This document shows, piece by piece, positions 48,143-61,400 of a stretch of DNA of 64,000 bases (position 1 is the first letter of the stretch; each line of letters begins with the position of its first letter). Source of the stretch: Azolla caroliniana (taxonomy: Eukaryota; Plantae; Polypodiophyta); NCBI GenBank assembly GCA_043228905.1, contig JBHGNT010000022.1:7750001-7814000 (forward strand), written 5' to 3'. Under the pieces are notes generated by a model. The model saw nothing but the letters and a program-made list of their open reading frames with translations, had not been told where the DNA came from and did no database searches. The translations under genes and the position numbers were made by a program.

Positions 48143-51100
48143 CAAAGATGATCACAATCAATTGAAGAGGCTGGTATCAGAGTCCCCAAAACCGGGACAA
48201 ATTGGGAACGAGGTCGAAGTCAAGGGGGATTCCTACTTGCTTCTACTATGGGAAGCCGAGGCACTTCCAGAAGAACTGTCGGCATTTCCGGAAGGAGAAA
48301 GAAACCAGCACTACCGATTCGAAGAAGAGTTCGGACCGAAATGGTTCGAACCGGAGAGGCCCGGATCGGAAAGGAATGTTGATGATCACAACAAGTGAAG
48401 AGGAACTGATGCTCATTACCAAGGAGAATGAGTTAAACCTTGTCGGCGACAAGACAATGTGGGTTGTCAATTCCGGAGCGTCGTTCCACTTATCACCAGA
48501 TCGGAAATGCTTCTAATCCTACACAACCAGTGATCATGGTTGTGTCCGGATGGGGAATTAAGGAACATTCCGAATTATCAGCATAGGAGATGTGTTGTTG
48601 ACGACATCAATTGGATGCAAGTTACTGCTGAAGGATTTCGGATACATTCCGGAGGTTCGACTGAACCTGATATTAGCCGGTCGACTGGATGATGAAGGCT
48701 ACACGGGTAGCATCCGGAACGGAGTTATGAAGTTCAGCAAAGGGAGCCTAATAGTGGTTCGAGCCCAAAAGGTCAACACATTGTACTTGATGAATGGCTG
48801 GATATGTCGGGAAGAAGTGAACGTAGCATCTGACACTACCGGTGAGTTGTGGCACAACAGACTATGTCAGATGAACCAAAAGGGGATGAAGAGACTTGCC
48901 GAAGATAATCTCATTCCAGTGAAGGACGTGCAACTTGAGAAGTGCACTGATTGCTTGGCCGGAAAGCAAAACCGGACCTCCTTCTGATCAAGACTACCGA
49001 TGAGACGGAATGCACCACTAGAGGGTGCATACTGATGTCTATCAACTGGACACGAAGTCACATACCGGATTGCAGTACTTCGTGACATTCATAGATGACC
49101 ACAGCCGGAAGCTGTGGGTCTCACCACTGAAGATGAAGGATCAAGTGTTATCCGTCTTCAAGGAGCTCCACGCGAGAGTGGAAAGAGAAACCGGCCGGAA
49201 GCTGAAGGCAGTTCGAGCGGACAACGGAGGAGAATATTGGGGGTAGTTCAAGGAGTACTGCCGGTCGGAGGGAATCCGACTCGAATTTACCGTGCTGAAG
49301 ACGCCAAAATTGAACGGGTTGGCTGAATGGATGAACCGGAATATAATGGAGAGAGTCTGAAGCATGCTAGCACATGCCAAGTTACCCAAGACGTTTTGGG
49401 CTGAGGCGCTGACGACGGAGACCTATGTGATAAACAAATCACCTTCAGTACCCTTGGACGGAGACACACCGCAAAGAGTATGGACCAGTAAGGACGTATC
49501 CTGCCGGCATCTAAAGGTGTTCGGATGTCTCGCTTACGTGCATGTGGCGAAGGACAAGAGAACAAAGTTGGATCCGAAGTCCCGGCCATGCATATTCCTT
49601 GGATACAACGATGATGAGTTTGGTTACCGGGTGTGGAATCTGGTCGACAAGAAGGTGTTCCGGAGTCAGTACATAGTCTTCATGGAAGACAGGACCATTG
49701 TCGACTGGGAGTCAGAGAAGAAGGTGATGAACTCCGGATCATCCAATGAAAATTGGCTTAAAGAAACATGGATATACCTAGTTAAAAACTGGATGACACT
49801 CGACGAACCGGCCAGATATGGACAAGAAACCGAACCGACCGAAGAAGAAGAAGAAGAAGAAACTGGAACCGAACCAGTTTCCGAATTGGATTCAGATGAG
49901 GAACAAACGGAGGAACCGACAGTCAGAAACGAAGGACAAAGATATCCTCTTCGAGAGAGAAGAGCTCCCCAGAGATTTTTGGATGTAGAGAATGTGCTGC
50001 TAACCGATGAGGGGGAGCCGGAAAGCTTCAAAGAAGCAAAGAGACACACCCACAATTGCAAGTGGTTGAGTGCCATGCAAAATGAGATGGATTCCCTACA
50101 TGAGAACCATACGTATGAATTAACGGAGTTGTCGAAAGGAAAGAGGGCACTCCAGAATAAGTGGGTGTGCAAGCTCAAACCGAGAGACGCCGGAAATCCA
50201 CCGAGGTACAAGGCCCGGATCGTGGTGAAGGGGTTCTAGCAGGTGAAAGTAGTGGATTTTGATGAGATCTTTGCCCCGGTAGAAAAGATGACATCCATCC
50301 GGACGGTATTGGGCATAACGGCAAGCATAGACCTCGAGGTAGACAACTGGACATCAAGACGGCATTCCTACATGGCGACCTAGACGAAGAAATCTTCATG
50401 CATCAACCGGAAGGATTTGAGAAGAAAGGGAAGGAGCACCTAGTGTGCCGGCTGAAGAAGAGCCTATACGGACTGAAGCAAGCTCCCCAACAATGGTACC
50501 GGAACTTTGACTCCTTCATGACCAACCAAGGGTACCACAAAACGCAAGCCGATCACTGTGTGTTCGTGATGAAATTTGACGGAGGAGATTTCCTGATACT
50601 CCTCCTATATGTGGATGATATGTTGATCATCAAACGAGACCAAGTCAAGATACGGATGCTGAAGAAGGCTCTGAACCGGACCTTCTCAATGAAAGATTTG
50701 GGGCCGGCAAGACAGATATTGGGAATGCACATCATCCAGGACCGGTCGAAGAAGCTGTTGTGGTTGTCAAAAGAAAAGTACGTGACAAAGGTACTCCAAA
50801 GGTTCAACATGTTGGAGGTGAAACCAGTTAGCTCGACAGTTCCAGCAAATTGTAAGTTTTCTAGAAAGCAGAGCCCGAAGACATAGGCAGAGAAGTCGGA
50901 TATGATCAAGATACCATATGCCTCTGCCTTCGGAAGCTTAATGAATGCAATGGTATGTACCTGGCCGGATATCGGATATGCGGTTAGACTGGTGAACCGG
51001 TTCATGAGCAATCCCGGAAAAGAGCATTGGAACGCGGTCAAGTGGATACTAAGGTATCTGAAAGGCACCTCAAGTATGTGTCTCCGGTAACCCCCAACTT

Positions 51101-51570
51101 GATGGATTTACGGATTCGGATATGTTGGTTGATGTGGATACCAGTCGGTCGACATCTGGATATGTCATGACTTATGTAGGGGGAGCTGTTTCGTGGCAAT
51201 TGAGGCTGCAGAAGCCGGTTGCATTGTCAACCACGGAGGCAGAGTACATGGCAATTGTGGAAGCCGGCAAGGAGATAATCTGGATAAAGGACTTCATCGG
51301 AGAGCTAGGGATCCAATAGGAGGAATATCAGCTTTACTTCGATAGTCAAAGTGCCATCCACCTTGCAAAGAACGCGGCCTACCATTCCCGGACGAAACAT
51401 ATCCAACGGAGGTACCACTGGATCCAGGAGAGAGTAGAAGATCAAGAGTTTGTGCTGACGAAGATCCACACGGAGGAGAATGGGTCGGATATGTTGACCA
51501 AGGTGTTGATGACCGATAAGCTGGACGCGTGTCAAAAGCGGATCGTGCTGACGAGACATCCCATGCCAGA
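48143..51570 (+). pseudogene. pol: copia C zinc knuckle, PR, INT, RT and RH remnants
   Basis: [56 protein letters not shown]. Confidence 0.92.
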
Positions 51571-52442
51571 GTGAAGGGGGAGATTTTTGGGAATTCGGCC
51601 CCTCCGGATGGGATCCGGTTATGAATGAAGAGATCCACAAACCGGATCGGATGGACTTGGTGAGAACCGGAAGAGATTCGGTAACTGGATTGAATGGACC
51701 CGGTGAGCCGAAAGTCAAGACATATTTGTAAATATGTTTTGAGTAAGCCTATTGAGGCTATATTTGTAAATAGCCCTAAGTTCATATAACTATAAATATG
51801 ACTTAGGGCAATCACTTTTAGAGTGGTTGTCATATTGTTGTATAGACAGAGAGAGATAGCGAGACAGTAGCTACGATCACTTTCTGTTGTAACCACCATC
51901 TAGCAAACATCACGAGCACGAGGTCATTACCTACACTTTGTATTTCCTCTCATATAGTGATAGTTGGAGTCCGTGGCTCCCATGGTTTTTTCCCGATTAG
52001 GGTTTTCCACATAAACATCCTATGTCATTTTTGTGTTTAAGACTCCGTTGTGGCCAAGCAATATTCCGCACTATTCTTCACAAATGATTGATTGGGAGAT
52101 CAAGAAAAAGTCTACAACCACCGAATCGAGCCAAGTCGATGCTCGATTGGATTGTGTAGATGACGGTTCAATCAAAATTGAACCCATACCAGTTGATCTA
52201 TCTAATACTCGGCAAAATCGAGAAACGACTGATGATAAAGGGGATTTGGCCAAACGAGGAACCAAAATCGAGTCGGGCGAAGAGGTTGAAGACGAACTAA
52301 CCGTACCGAACGCAAGTTGAAGATACCACCTTAGAGAGTGAAGAGGCCCCCAAAGATTTCCGAATGAAGAACACATATTGGTAACCGATGAGGGGGAGCC
52401 CGAAAGCTACGAAGAAGCTAAGGAAGATACCCACAGCCGAGG

Positions 52443-55400
52443 TTAATTGGTTTTAAATTATGTTTTTCACTTGCCATGAACATGAAGGTTAATATGAAAG
52501 TGCAACCCAAGGATATGAGTAGCTATGGTAGGCGAGAATACACACAGAAAAATGTATCTAAAAACATCTATTCTTTTGAAAATGTTGTAGTCTTCTCTTT
52601 TCAATATTCTCTTTTCAGTTCTAGTCTTAGTATGAATGTAAGTTCTAGTCTTGGTTAGTTTATTAGTAATTGAGTACCCAAAGAGCAGCCACTGGAAGAG
52701 GAGGCTAATTCAATTAAGCTTCAATTAGTTTCAATTAGAGTATTTCACATGGCATTAATATTTTGTGCAGCTCAATTATGTATTTCGCTAAATTCGTTTT
52801 AAATTATGTTTTCCACTTGCCATGAACATGAAGGTTAATATGAAAGTGCAACCCAGGGATATGAGTAGCTATGGTAGGCGAGAATACACACAGAAAAATG
52901 TATCTACAAACATCTATTCTTTTGAAAATGTTGTAGTCTTCTCTTTTCAATATTCTCTTTTCAGTTCTAGTCTTAGTATGAATGTAAGTTCTAGTCTTGG
53001 TTAGTTTATTAGTAATTAAGTACCCAAAGAGCAGCCATTGAAAGGGGAGGCTAATTCAATTAAGCTTCAATTAGTTTTAGTTAGAGTATTTTACATGGCA
53101 TTCATAGCTTGTGGAGCTCAATCATGTATTTCGTTTAATTGGTTTTAAATTATGTTTTCACTAGCCATGAACATTCAGGTTAATATGAAAGTGCACCCCA
53201 AGGATATGATTAGCTATGGTAGGCAAGAATACTCACAGAAAAATGTATCTAGAAACATCTATTCTTTTGAAAATGTTGTAGTCTTCTCTTTTCAATATTC
53301 TCTTTTTAGTTCTAGTCTTAGTATGAATTTAAGTTCTTGTCTTGGTTAGTTTATTAGTAATTGAGTACCCAAAGAGCAGCCATTGAAAGGGGAGGCTAAT
53401 TTAATTAGGCCTCAATTAGTTTCAGTCAAAGTATTTCACATAGCATTCATAGCTTCTGCAGCTCAATCATGTATTTCGTTTAATTGGTTTTAAATTATGT
53501 TTTCACTACCCATGAACATGAAAGTTAATATGAAAGTGCAACCCAAGGATATGAGTAGCTATGGTAGGCAAGAATACACACAGAAAAATGTATCTACAAA
53601 CATCTATTCTTTTGAAAATGTTGGCGTCTTCTCTTTTCAATATTCTCTTTTCAGTTCTAGTCTTAGTATGAGTTTTAGTTCTAGTCTTGGTTAGTTTATT
53701 AGTAATTGAGTACCCAAAGAGCAGCCATTGAAAGGGGAGGCTAATTCAATTAAGCTTCAATTAGTTTTAGTTAGAGTATTTTACATGGCATTCATAGCTT
53801 GTGGAGCTCAATCATGTATTTCGTTTAATTGGTTTTAAATTATGTTTTCACTAGCCATGAACATTCAGGTTAATATGAAAGTGCACCCCAAGGATATGAT
53901 TAGCTATGGTAGGCAAGAATACTCACAGAAAAATGTATCTAGAAACATCTATTCTTTTGAAAATGTTGGCGTCTTCTCTTTTCAATATTCTCTTTTTAGT
54001 TCTAGTCTTAGTATGAATTTAAGTTCTTGTCTTGGTTAGTTTATTAGTAATTGAGTACCCAAAGAGCAGCCATTGAAAGGGGAGACTAATTTAATTAGGC
54101 CTCAATTAGTTTCAGTCAAAGTATTTCACATAGCATTCATAGCTTCTGCAGCTCAATCATGTATTTCGTTTAATTGGTTTTACATTATGTTTTCACTACC
54201 CATGAACATGAAAGTTAATATGAAAGTGCAACCCAAGGATATGAGTAGCTATGGTAGGCAAGAATACACACAGAAAAATGTATCTACAAACATCTATTCT
54301 TTTGAAAATGTTGTCGTCTTCTCTTTTCAATATTCTCTTTTAAGTTCTAGTCTTAGTATGAGTTTTAGTTCTAGTCTTGGTTAGTTTATTAGTAATTGAG
54401 TACCCAAAGAGCAGCCATTGAAAGGGGAGGCTAATTCAATTAAGCTTCAATTAGTTTTAGTTAGAGTATTTTACATGGCATTCATAGCTTGTGGAGCTCA
54501 ATCATGTATTTCGTTTAATTGGTTTTAAATTATGTTTTCACTAGCCATGAACATTCAGGTTAATCTGAAAGTGCAGCCCAAGGATATGATTAGCTATGGG
54601 AGGCAAGAATACTCACAGAAAAATGTATCTAGAAACATCTATTCTTTTGAAAATGTTGTAGTCTTCTCTTTTCAATATTCTCTTTTCAGTTCTAGTCTTA
54701 GTATGAATGTAAGTTCTAGTCTTGGTTAGTTTATTAGTAATTGAGTACCCAAAGAGCAGCCATTGAAAGGGGAGGCTAATTCAATTAAGCTTCAATTAGT
54801 TTCAGTTAGAGTATTTCACATGGCATTAATAGTTTGTGCAGCTCAATCATGTATTTCGCTAAATTGGTTTTAAATTATGTTTTTCACTTGCCATGAACAT
54901 GAAGGTTAATATGAAAGTGCAACCCAAGGATATGAGTAGCTATGGTAGGCAAGAATACACACAGAGAAATGTATCTACAAACATCTATTCTTTTGAAAAT
55001 GTTGTAGTCTTCTCTTTTCAATATTCTCTTTTCAGTTCTAGTCTTAGTATGAATTTAAGTTCTAGTCTTGGTTATTTTATTAGTAATTGCGTACCCAAAG
55101 AGCAGCCATTGAAAGGGGAGGCTAATTTAATTAAGCTTCAATTAGTTTTAGTCAGAGTATTTCACATAGCATTCATAGCTTCTGCAGCTCAATCATTAAT
55201 TTCGTTTAATTGGTTTTAAATTATGTTTTCACTAGCCATGAACATGAAGGTTAATATGAAAGTGTAGCCCAAGGATATGAGTAGCTATGGTAGGACAAAA
55301 TACACACAGAAAAATGTATCTACAAACATCTATTCTTTTGAAAATGTTGTTGTCTTCTCTTTTCAATATTCTCTTTTCAGTTCTAGTCTTAGTATGAATT

Positions 55401-58400
55401 TAAGTTCTAGTCTTGGTTGGTTTATTAGTAATTGACTACCCAAAGAACAGCCATTGAAAGGGGAAGCTAATTCAGTTAAGCTTCAATTAGTTTCAGTTAG
55501 AGTATTTCACATGCCATTAATATTTTGTGCAGCTCTATCATGTATTTCACTAAATTGGTTTTAAATTATGTTTTTCACTTGCCATGAACATGAAGGTTAA
55601 TATGAAAGTGCAACCTAAGGATATGAGTAGCTATGGTAGGCGAGAATACACACAGAAAAATGTATCTACAAACATCTATTCTTTTGAAAATGTTGTCGTC
55701 TTCTCTTTTCAATATTCTCTTTTAAGTTCTAGTCTTAGTATGAGTTTTACTTCTAGTCTTGGTTAGTTTATTAGTAATTGAGTACCCAAAGAGCAGCCAT
55801 TAAAAGGGGAGGCTAATTCAATTAAGCTTCAATTAGTTTTAGTTAGAGTATTTTACATGGCATTCATAGCTTGTGGAGCTCAATCATGTATTTCGTTTAA
55901 TTGGTTTTAAATTATGTTTTCACTAGCCATGAACATTCAGGTTAATATGAAAGTGCACCCCAAGGATATGATTAGCTATGGTAGGCAAGAATACTCACAG
56001 AAAAATGTATCTAGAAACATCTATTCTTTTGAAAATGTTGTAGTCTTCTCTTTTCAATATTCTCTTTTCAGTTCTAGTCTTAGTATGAATTTAAGTTCTA
56101 GTCTTGGTTGGTTTATTAGTAATTGACTACCCAAAGAACAACCATTGAAAGGGGAAGCTAATTCAGTTAAGCTTCAATTAGTTTCAGTTAGAGTATTTCA
56201 CATGGCATTAATATTTTGTGCAGCTCTATCATGTATTTCACTAAATTGGTTTTAAATTATGTTTTTCACTTGCCATGAACATGAAGGTTAATATGAAAGT
56301 GCAACCCAAGGATATGAGTAGCTATGGTAGGCGAGAATACACACAGAAAAATGTATCTACACACATCTATTCATTTGAAAATGTTGTAGTCTTCTCTTTT
56401 CAATATTCTCTTTTCAGTTCTAGTCTTAGTATGAATTTAAGTTCTAGTCTTGGTTAGTTTATTAGTAATTGACTACCCAAAGAACATCCATTGAAAGGGG
56501 AAGCTAATTCAGTTAAGCTTCAATTAGTTTCAGTTAGAGTATTTCACATGGCATTGATATTTTGTGCACCTCAATCATGTATTTCACTAAAGTGGTTTTA
56601 AATTATGTTTTTCACTTGGCATGAACATGAAGGTTAATTTGAAAGTGCAACCCAAGGATATGAGTAGTTATGGTAGGCAAGAATACACACAGCAAAATGT
56701 ATCTACAAACATCTATTCTTTTGAAAATGTTGTCGTCTTCTGTTTTCAATATTCTCTTTTCAGTTCTAGTCTTAGTATGAGTTTTAGTTCTAGTCTTGGT
56801 TAGTTTATTAGTAATTGAGTACCCAAAGAGCAGCCATTGAAAGGGGAGGCTAATTTAATTAGGCCTCAATTAGTTGCAGTCAAAGTTTTTCACATAGCAT
56901 TCATAGCTTCTACAGCTCAATCATGTATTTCGTTTAATTGGTTTTAAATTATGTTTTCACTAGCCATGAACATGAAAGTTAATATGAAAGTGCAGCCCAA
57001 GGATATGAGTAGCTATGGTAGGCAAGAATACACACAGAAAAATGTATCTAGAAACATCTATTCTTTTGAAAATGTTGTAGTCTTCTCTTTTCAATATTCT
57101 CTTTTCAGTTCTAGTCTTAGTATGAATGTAAGTTCTAGTCTTGGTTAGTTTATTAGTAATTCAGTACCCAGAGAGCAGCCATTGAAAGCGGAGGCTAATT
57201 CAATTAAGGTTCAATTAGTTTCAGTTAGAGTATTTCACATGGCATTAATAGTTTGTGCAGCTCAATCATGTATTTCGCTAAATTGGTTTTAAATTATGTT
57301 TTTCACTTGCCATGAACATGAAGGTTAATATGAAAGTGTAGCCCAAGGATATGAGTAGTTATCGTAGGACCGAATACACACAGAAAAATGTATCTACCAA
57401 CATCTATTCTTTTTAAAATGTTATACTCTTCTCTTTTCAATATTATCTTTTCAGTTCTAGTCTCAGTATGAATTTAAATTCTAGTCTTGGTTGGTTTATT
57501 AGTAATTGACTACCCAAAGAACAGCCATTGAAAGGGGAAGCTAATTCAGTTAAGCTTCAATTAGTTTCAGTTAGAGTATTTCACATGGCATTAATATTTT
57601 GTGCAGCTCAATCATGTATTTCGCTAAATTGGTTTTAAATTATGTTTTTCACTTGCCATGAACATGAAGGTTAATATGAAAGTGCAACCCAAGGATACGA
57701 GTAGCTATGGTAGGCGAGAATACACACAGAAAAATGTATCTACAAACATCTATTCTTTTGAAAATGTTGTCGTCTTCTCTTTTCAATATTCTCTTTTCAG
57801 TTCTAGTCTTAGTATGAGTTTTACTTCTAGTCTTGGTTAGTTTATTAGTAATTGAGTACCCAAAGAGCAGCCATTAAAAGGGGAGGCTAATTCAATTAAG
57901 CTTCAATTAGTTTTAGTTAGAGTATTTTACATGGCATTCATAGCTTGTGGAGCTCAATCATGTATTTCGTTTAATTGGTTTTAAATTATGTTTTCACTAG
58001 CCATGAACATTCAGGTTAATATGAAAGTGCACCCCAAGGATATGATTAGCTATGGTAGGCAAGAATACTCACAGAAAAATGTATCTAGAAACATCTATTC
58101 TTTTGAAAATGTTGTAGTCTTCTCTTTTCAATATTCTCTTTTTAGTTCTAGTCTTAGTATGAATTTAAGTTCTAGTCTTGCTTAGTTTATTAGTAATTGA
58201 GTACCCAAAGAGCAGCTATTGAAAGGGGAGGCTAATTTAATTAGGCCTCAATTAGTTTCAGTCAAAGTATTTCACATAGCATTCATAGCTTCTGCAACTC
58301 AATCATGTATTTCGTTTAATTGGTTTTAAATTATGTTTTCACTAGCCATGAACATGAAAGTTAATATGAAAGTGCAGCCCAAGGATATGAGTAGCTATGG

Positions 58401-61400
58401 TAGGCAAGAATACACACAGAAAAATGTATCTACAAACATCTATTCTTTTGAAAATGTTGTAGTCTTCTCTTTTCAATATTCTGTTTTCAGTTCTAGTCTT
58501 AGTATGAATGTAAGTTCTAGTCTTGGTTAGTTTATTAGTAATTGAGTACCCAAAGAGCAGCCATTGAAAGCGGACGCTAATTCAATTAAGCTTCAATTAG
58601 TTTCAGTTAGAGTATTTCACATGGCATTAATAGTTTGTGCAGCTCAATCATGTATTTCGCTAAATTGGTTTTAAATTATGTTTCTCACTTGCCATGAACA
58701 TGAAGGTTAATATGAAAGTGCAGCCCAAGGATATGAGTAGCTATAGTAGGACAGAATACACACAGAAAAATGTATCTACAAACATCTATTCTTTTGAAAA
58801 TGTTGTAGTCTTCTCTTTTCAATATTCTCTTTTCAGTTCTAGTCTGAGTATGAATTTAAGTTCTAGTCTTGGTTGGTTTATTAGTAATTGACTACCCAAA
58901 GAGCAGCCATTAAAAGGGGAGGCTAATTCAATTAAGCTTCAATTAGTTTTAGTTAGAGTATTTTACATGGCATTCATAGATTGTGGAGCTCAATCATGTA
59001 TTTCGTTTAATTTGTTTTAAATTATGTTTTCACTAGCCATGAACATTCAGGTTAATATGAAAGTGCAGCCCAAGGATATGATGAGCTATGGTAGGCAAGA
59101 ATACTCACAGATAAATGTATCTAGAAACTTCTATTCTTTTGAAAATGTTGTAGTCTTCTCTTTTCAATATTCTCTTTTTAGTTCTAGTCTTAGTATGAAT
59201 TTAAGTTCTAGTCTTGGTTAGTTTATTAGTAATTGAGTACCCAAAGAGCAGCCATTAAAAGGGGAGGCTAATTCAATTAAGCTTCAATTAGTTTCAGTTA
59301 GAGTATTTAACATGCCATTCATAGCTTGTGCAGCTCAATCATGTATTTCGCTAAAGTGGTTTTAAATTATGTTTTTCACTTGCCATGAACAGGAAGGTTA
59401 ATATGAAAGTGCAACCCAAGGATATGAGTAGCTATGGTAGGCGAGAATACACACAGAAAAATGTATATACAAACATCTATTCTTTTGAAAATGTTGTAGT
59501 CTTCTCTTTTCAATATTCTCTTTTCAGTTCTAGTCTTAGTATGAATTTAAGTTCTAGTCTTGGTTAGTTTATTAGTAATGGACTACCCAAAGAGCAACCA
59601 TTGAAAGGGGAAGCTAATTCAGTTAAGCTTCAATTAGTTTCAGTTAGAGTATTTCACATGGCATTAATAGTTTGTGCAGCTCAATCGTGTATTTCGCTAA
59701 ATTGGTTTTAAATTATGTTTTTCACATGCCATGAACATGAAGGTTAATATGAAGGTCTAACCCAAGGATATGAGTAGCTATGGTAGGCAAGAATACACAG
59801 AAAAAAATGTATCTACAAACATCTATTCTTTTGAAAATGTTGTAGTCTTCTCTTTTCAATTTTCTCTTTTCAGTTCTAGTCTTAGTATGAATTTAAGTTC
59901 TAGTCTTGGTTAGTTTATTAGTAATTGAGTACCCAAAGAGCAGCCATTGAAAGGGGAGGGTAATTCACTTAAGCTTCAATTAGTTTCAGTTAGAGTATCT
60001 CACATGGCCTTTATAGTTTGTGCAGCTTAATCATGTATTTCGCTAAATTGGTTTTAAAATATGTTTTTCACTTGCCATGAACATGAAGGTTAATATGAAA
60101 GTGCAACCCAAGGATATGAGTAGCTATGGTAGGCAAGAATACACACAGAAAAATGTATCTACAAACATCTATTCTTTTGAAAATGTTGTCGTCTTCTCTT
60201 TTCAATATTCTCTTTTCAGTTCTAGTCTTAGTATGAGTTTTAGTTCTAGTCTTGGTTAGTTTATTAGTAATTGAGTACCCAAAGAGCAGCCATTGAAAGG
60301 GGAGGCTAATTCAATTAAGCTTCAATTAGTTTTAGTTAGAGTATTTTACATGGCATTCATAGCTTGTGGAGCTCAATCATGTATTTCGTTTAATTGGTTT
60401 TAAATTATGTTTTCACTAGTCATGAACATTCAGGTTAATATGAAAGTGCACCCCAAGGATATGATTAGCTATGGTAGGCAAGAATACTCACAGAAAAATG
60501 TATCTAGAAACATCTATTCTTTTGAAAATGTTGTAGTCTTCTCTTTTCAATATTCTCTTTTCAGTTCTAGTCTTAGTATGAATTTAAGTTCTAGTCTTGC
60601 TTAGTTTATTAGTAATTGAGTACCCAAAGAGCAGCCATTGAAAGGGGAGGCTAATTTAATTAGGCCTCAATTAGTTTCAGTCAAAGTATTTCACATAGCA
60701 TTCATAGCTTCTGCAACTCAATCATGTATTTCGTTTAATTGGTTTTAAATTATGTTTTCACTAGCCATGAACATGAAAGTTAATATGAAAGTGCAGCCCA
60801 AGGATATGAGTAGCTATGGTAGGCAAGAATACACACAGAAAAATGTATCTACAAACATCTATTCTTTTGAAAATGTTGTAGTCTTCTCTTTTCAATATTC
60901 TCTTTTCAGTTCTAGTCTTAGTATGAATGTAAGTTCTAGTCTTGGTTAGTTTATTAGTAATTGAGTACCCAAAGAGCAGCCATTAAAAGCGGAGGCTAAT
61001 TCAATTAAGCTTCAATTAGTTTCAGTTAGAGTATTTCACATGGCATTAATAGTTTGTGCAGCTCAATCATGTATTTCGCTAAATTGGTTTTAAATTATGT
61101 TTTTCACTTGCCATGAACATGAAGGTTAATATGAAAGTGCAGCCCAAGGATATGAGTAGTTATCGTAGGACCGAATACACACAGAAAAATGTATCTACAA
61201 ACATCTATTCTTTTGAAAATGTTGTAGTCTTCTCTTTTCAATAATCTCTTTTCAGTTCTAGTCTGAGTATGAATTTAAATTCTAGTCTTGGTTGGTTTAT
61301 TAGTAATTGAGTACCCAAAGAACAGCCATTGAAAGGGGAAGCTAATTCAGTTAAGCTTCAATTAGTTTCAGTTAGAGTATTTCACATGGCATTAATATTT

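Larger units (their letters stand above)
33149..52082 (+). mobile_element. Copia C (Tnt1-like), full length, interrupted in gag by copia D
   Basis: LTRs 33149-33696 and 51585-52082; perfect TSD aatga; PBS tggtatcagagc at 33700; PPT gtgaagggggagat; gag from 33726; pol 48143-51570 with LYVDDML. Confidence 0.93.
31470..52440 (+). mobile_element. Copia B internal region (31470-33148 and 52083-52440), host of copia C, truncated by the satellite
   Basis: GSLPDSWEMLVVTLGN, CFYCGKPGHFQKKC, integrase motifs; frame continues EKTM|IDWEIKKK...VTDEGEPESYEEA. Confidence 0.85.

Noticed and set aside
52680-52710. gaaaggggaggc purine run in each satellite monomer as evidence of LTR-element origin
   Set aside because: No adjoining TG-started LTR and no visible similarity to the elements in this window.
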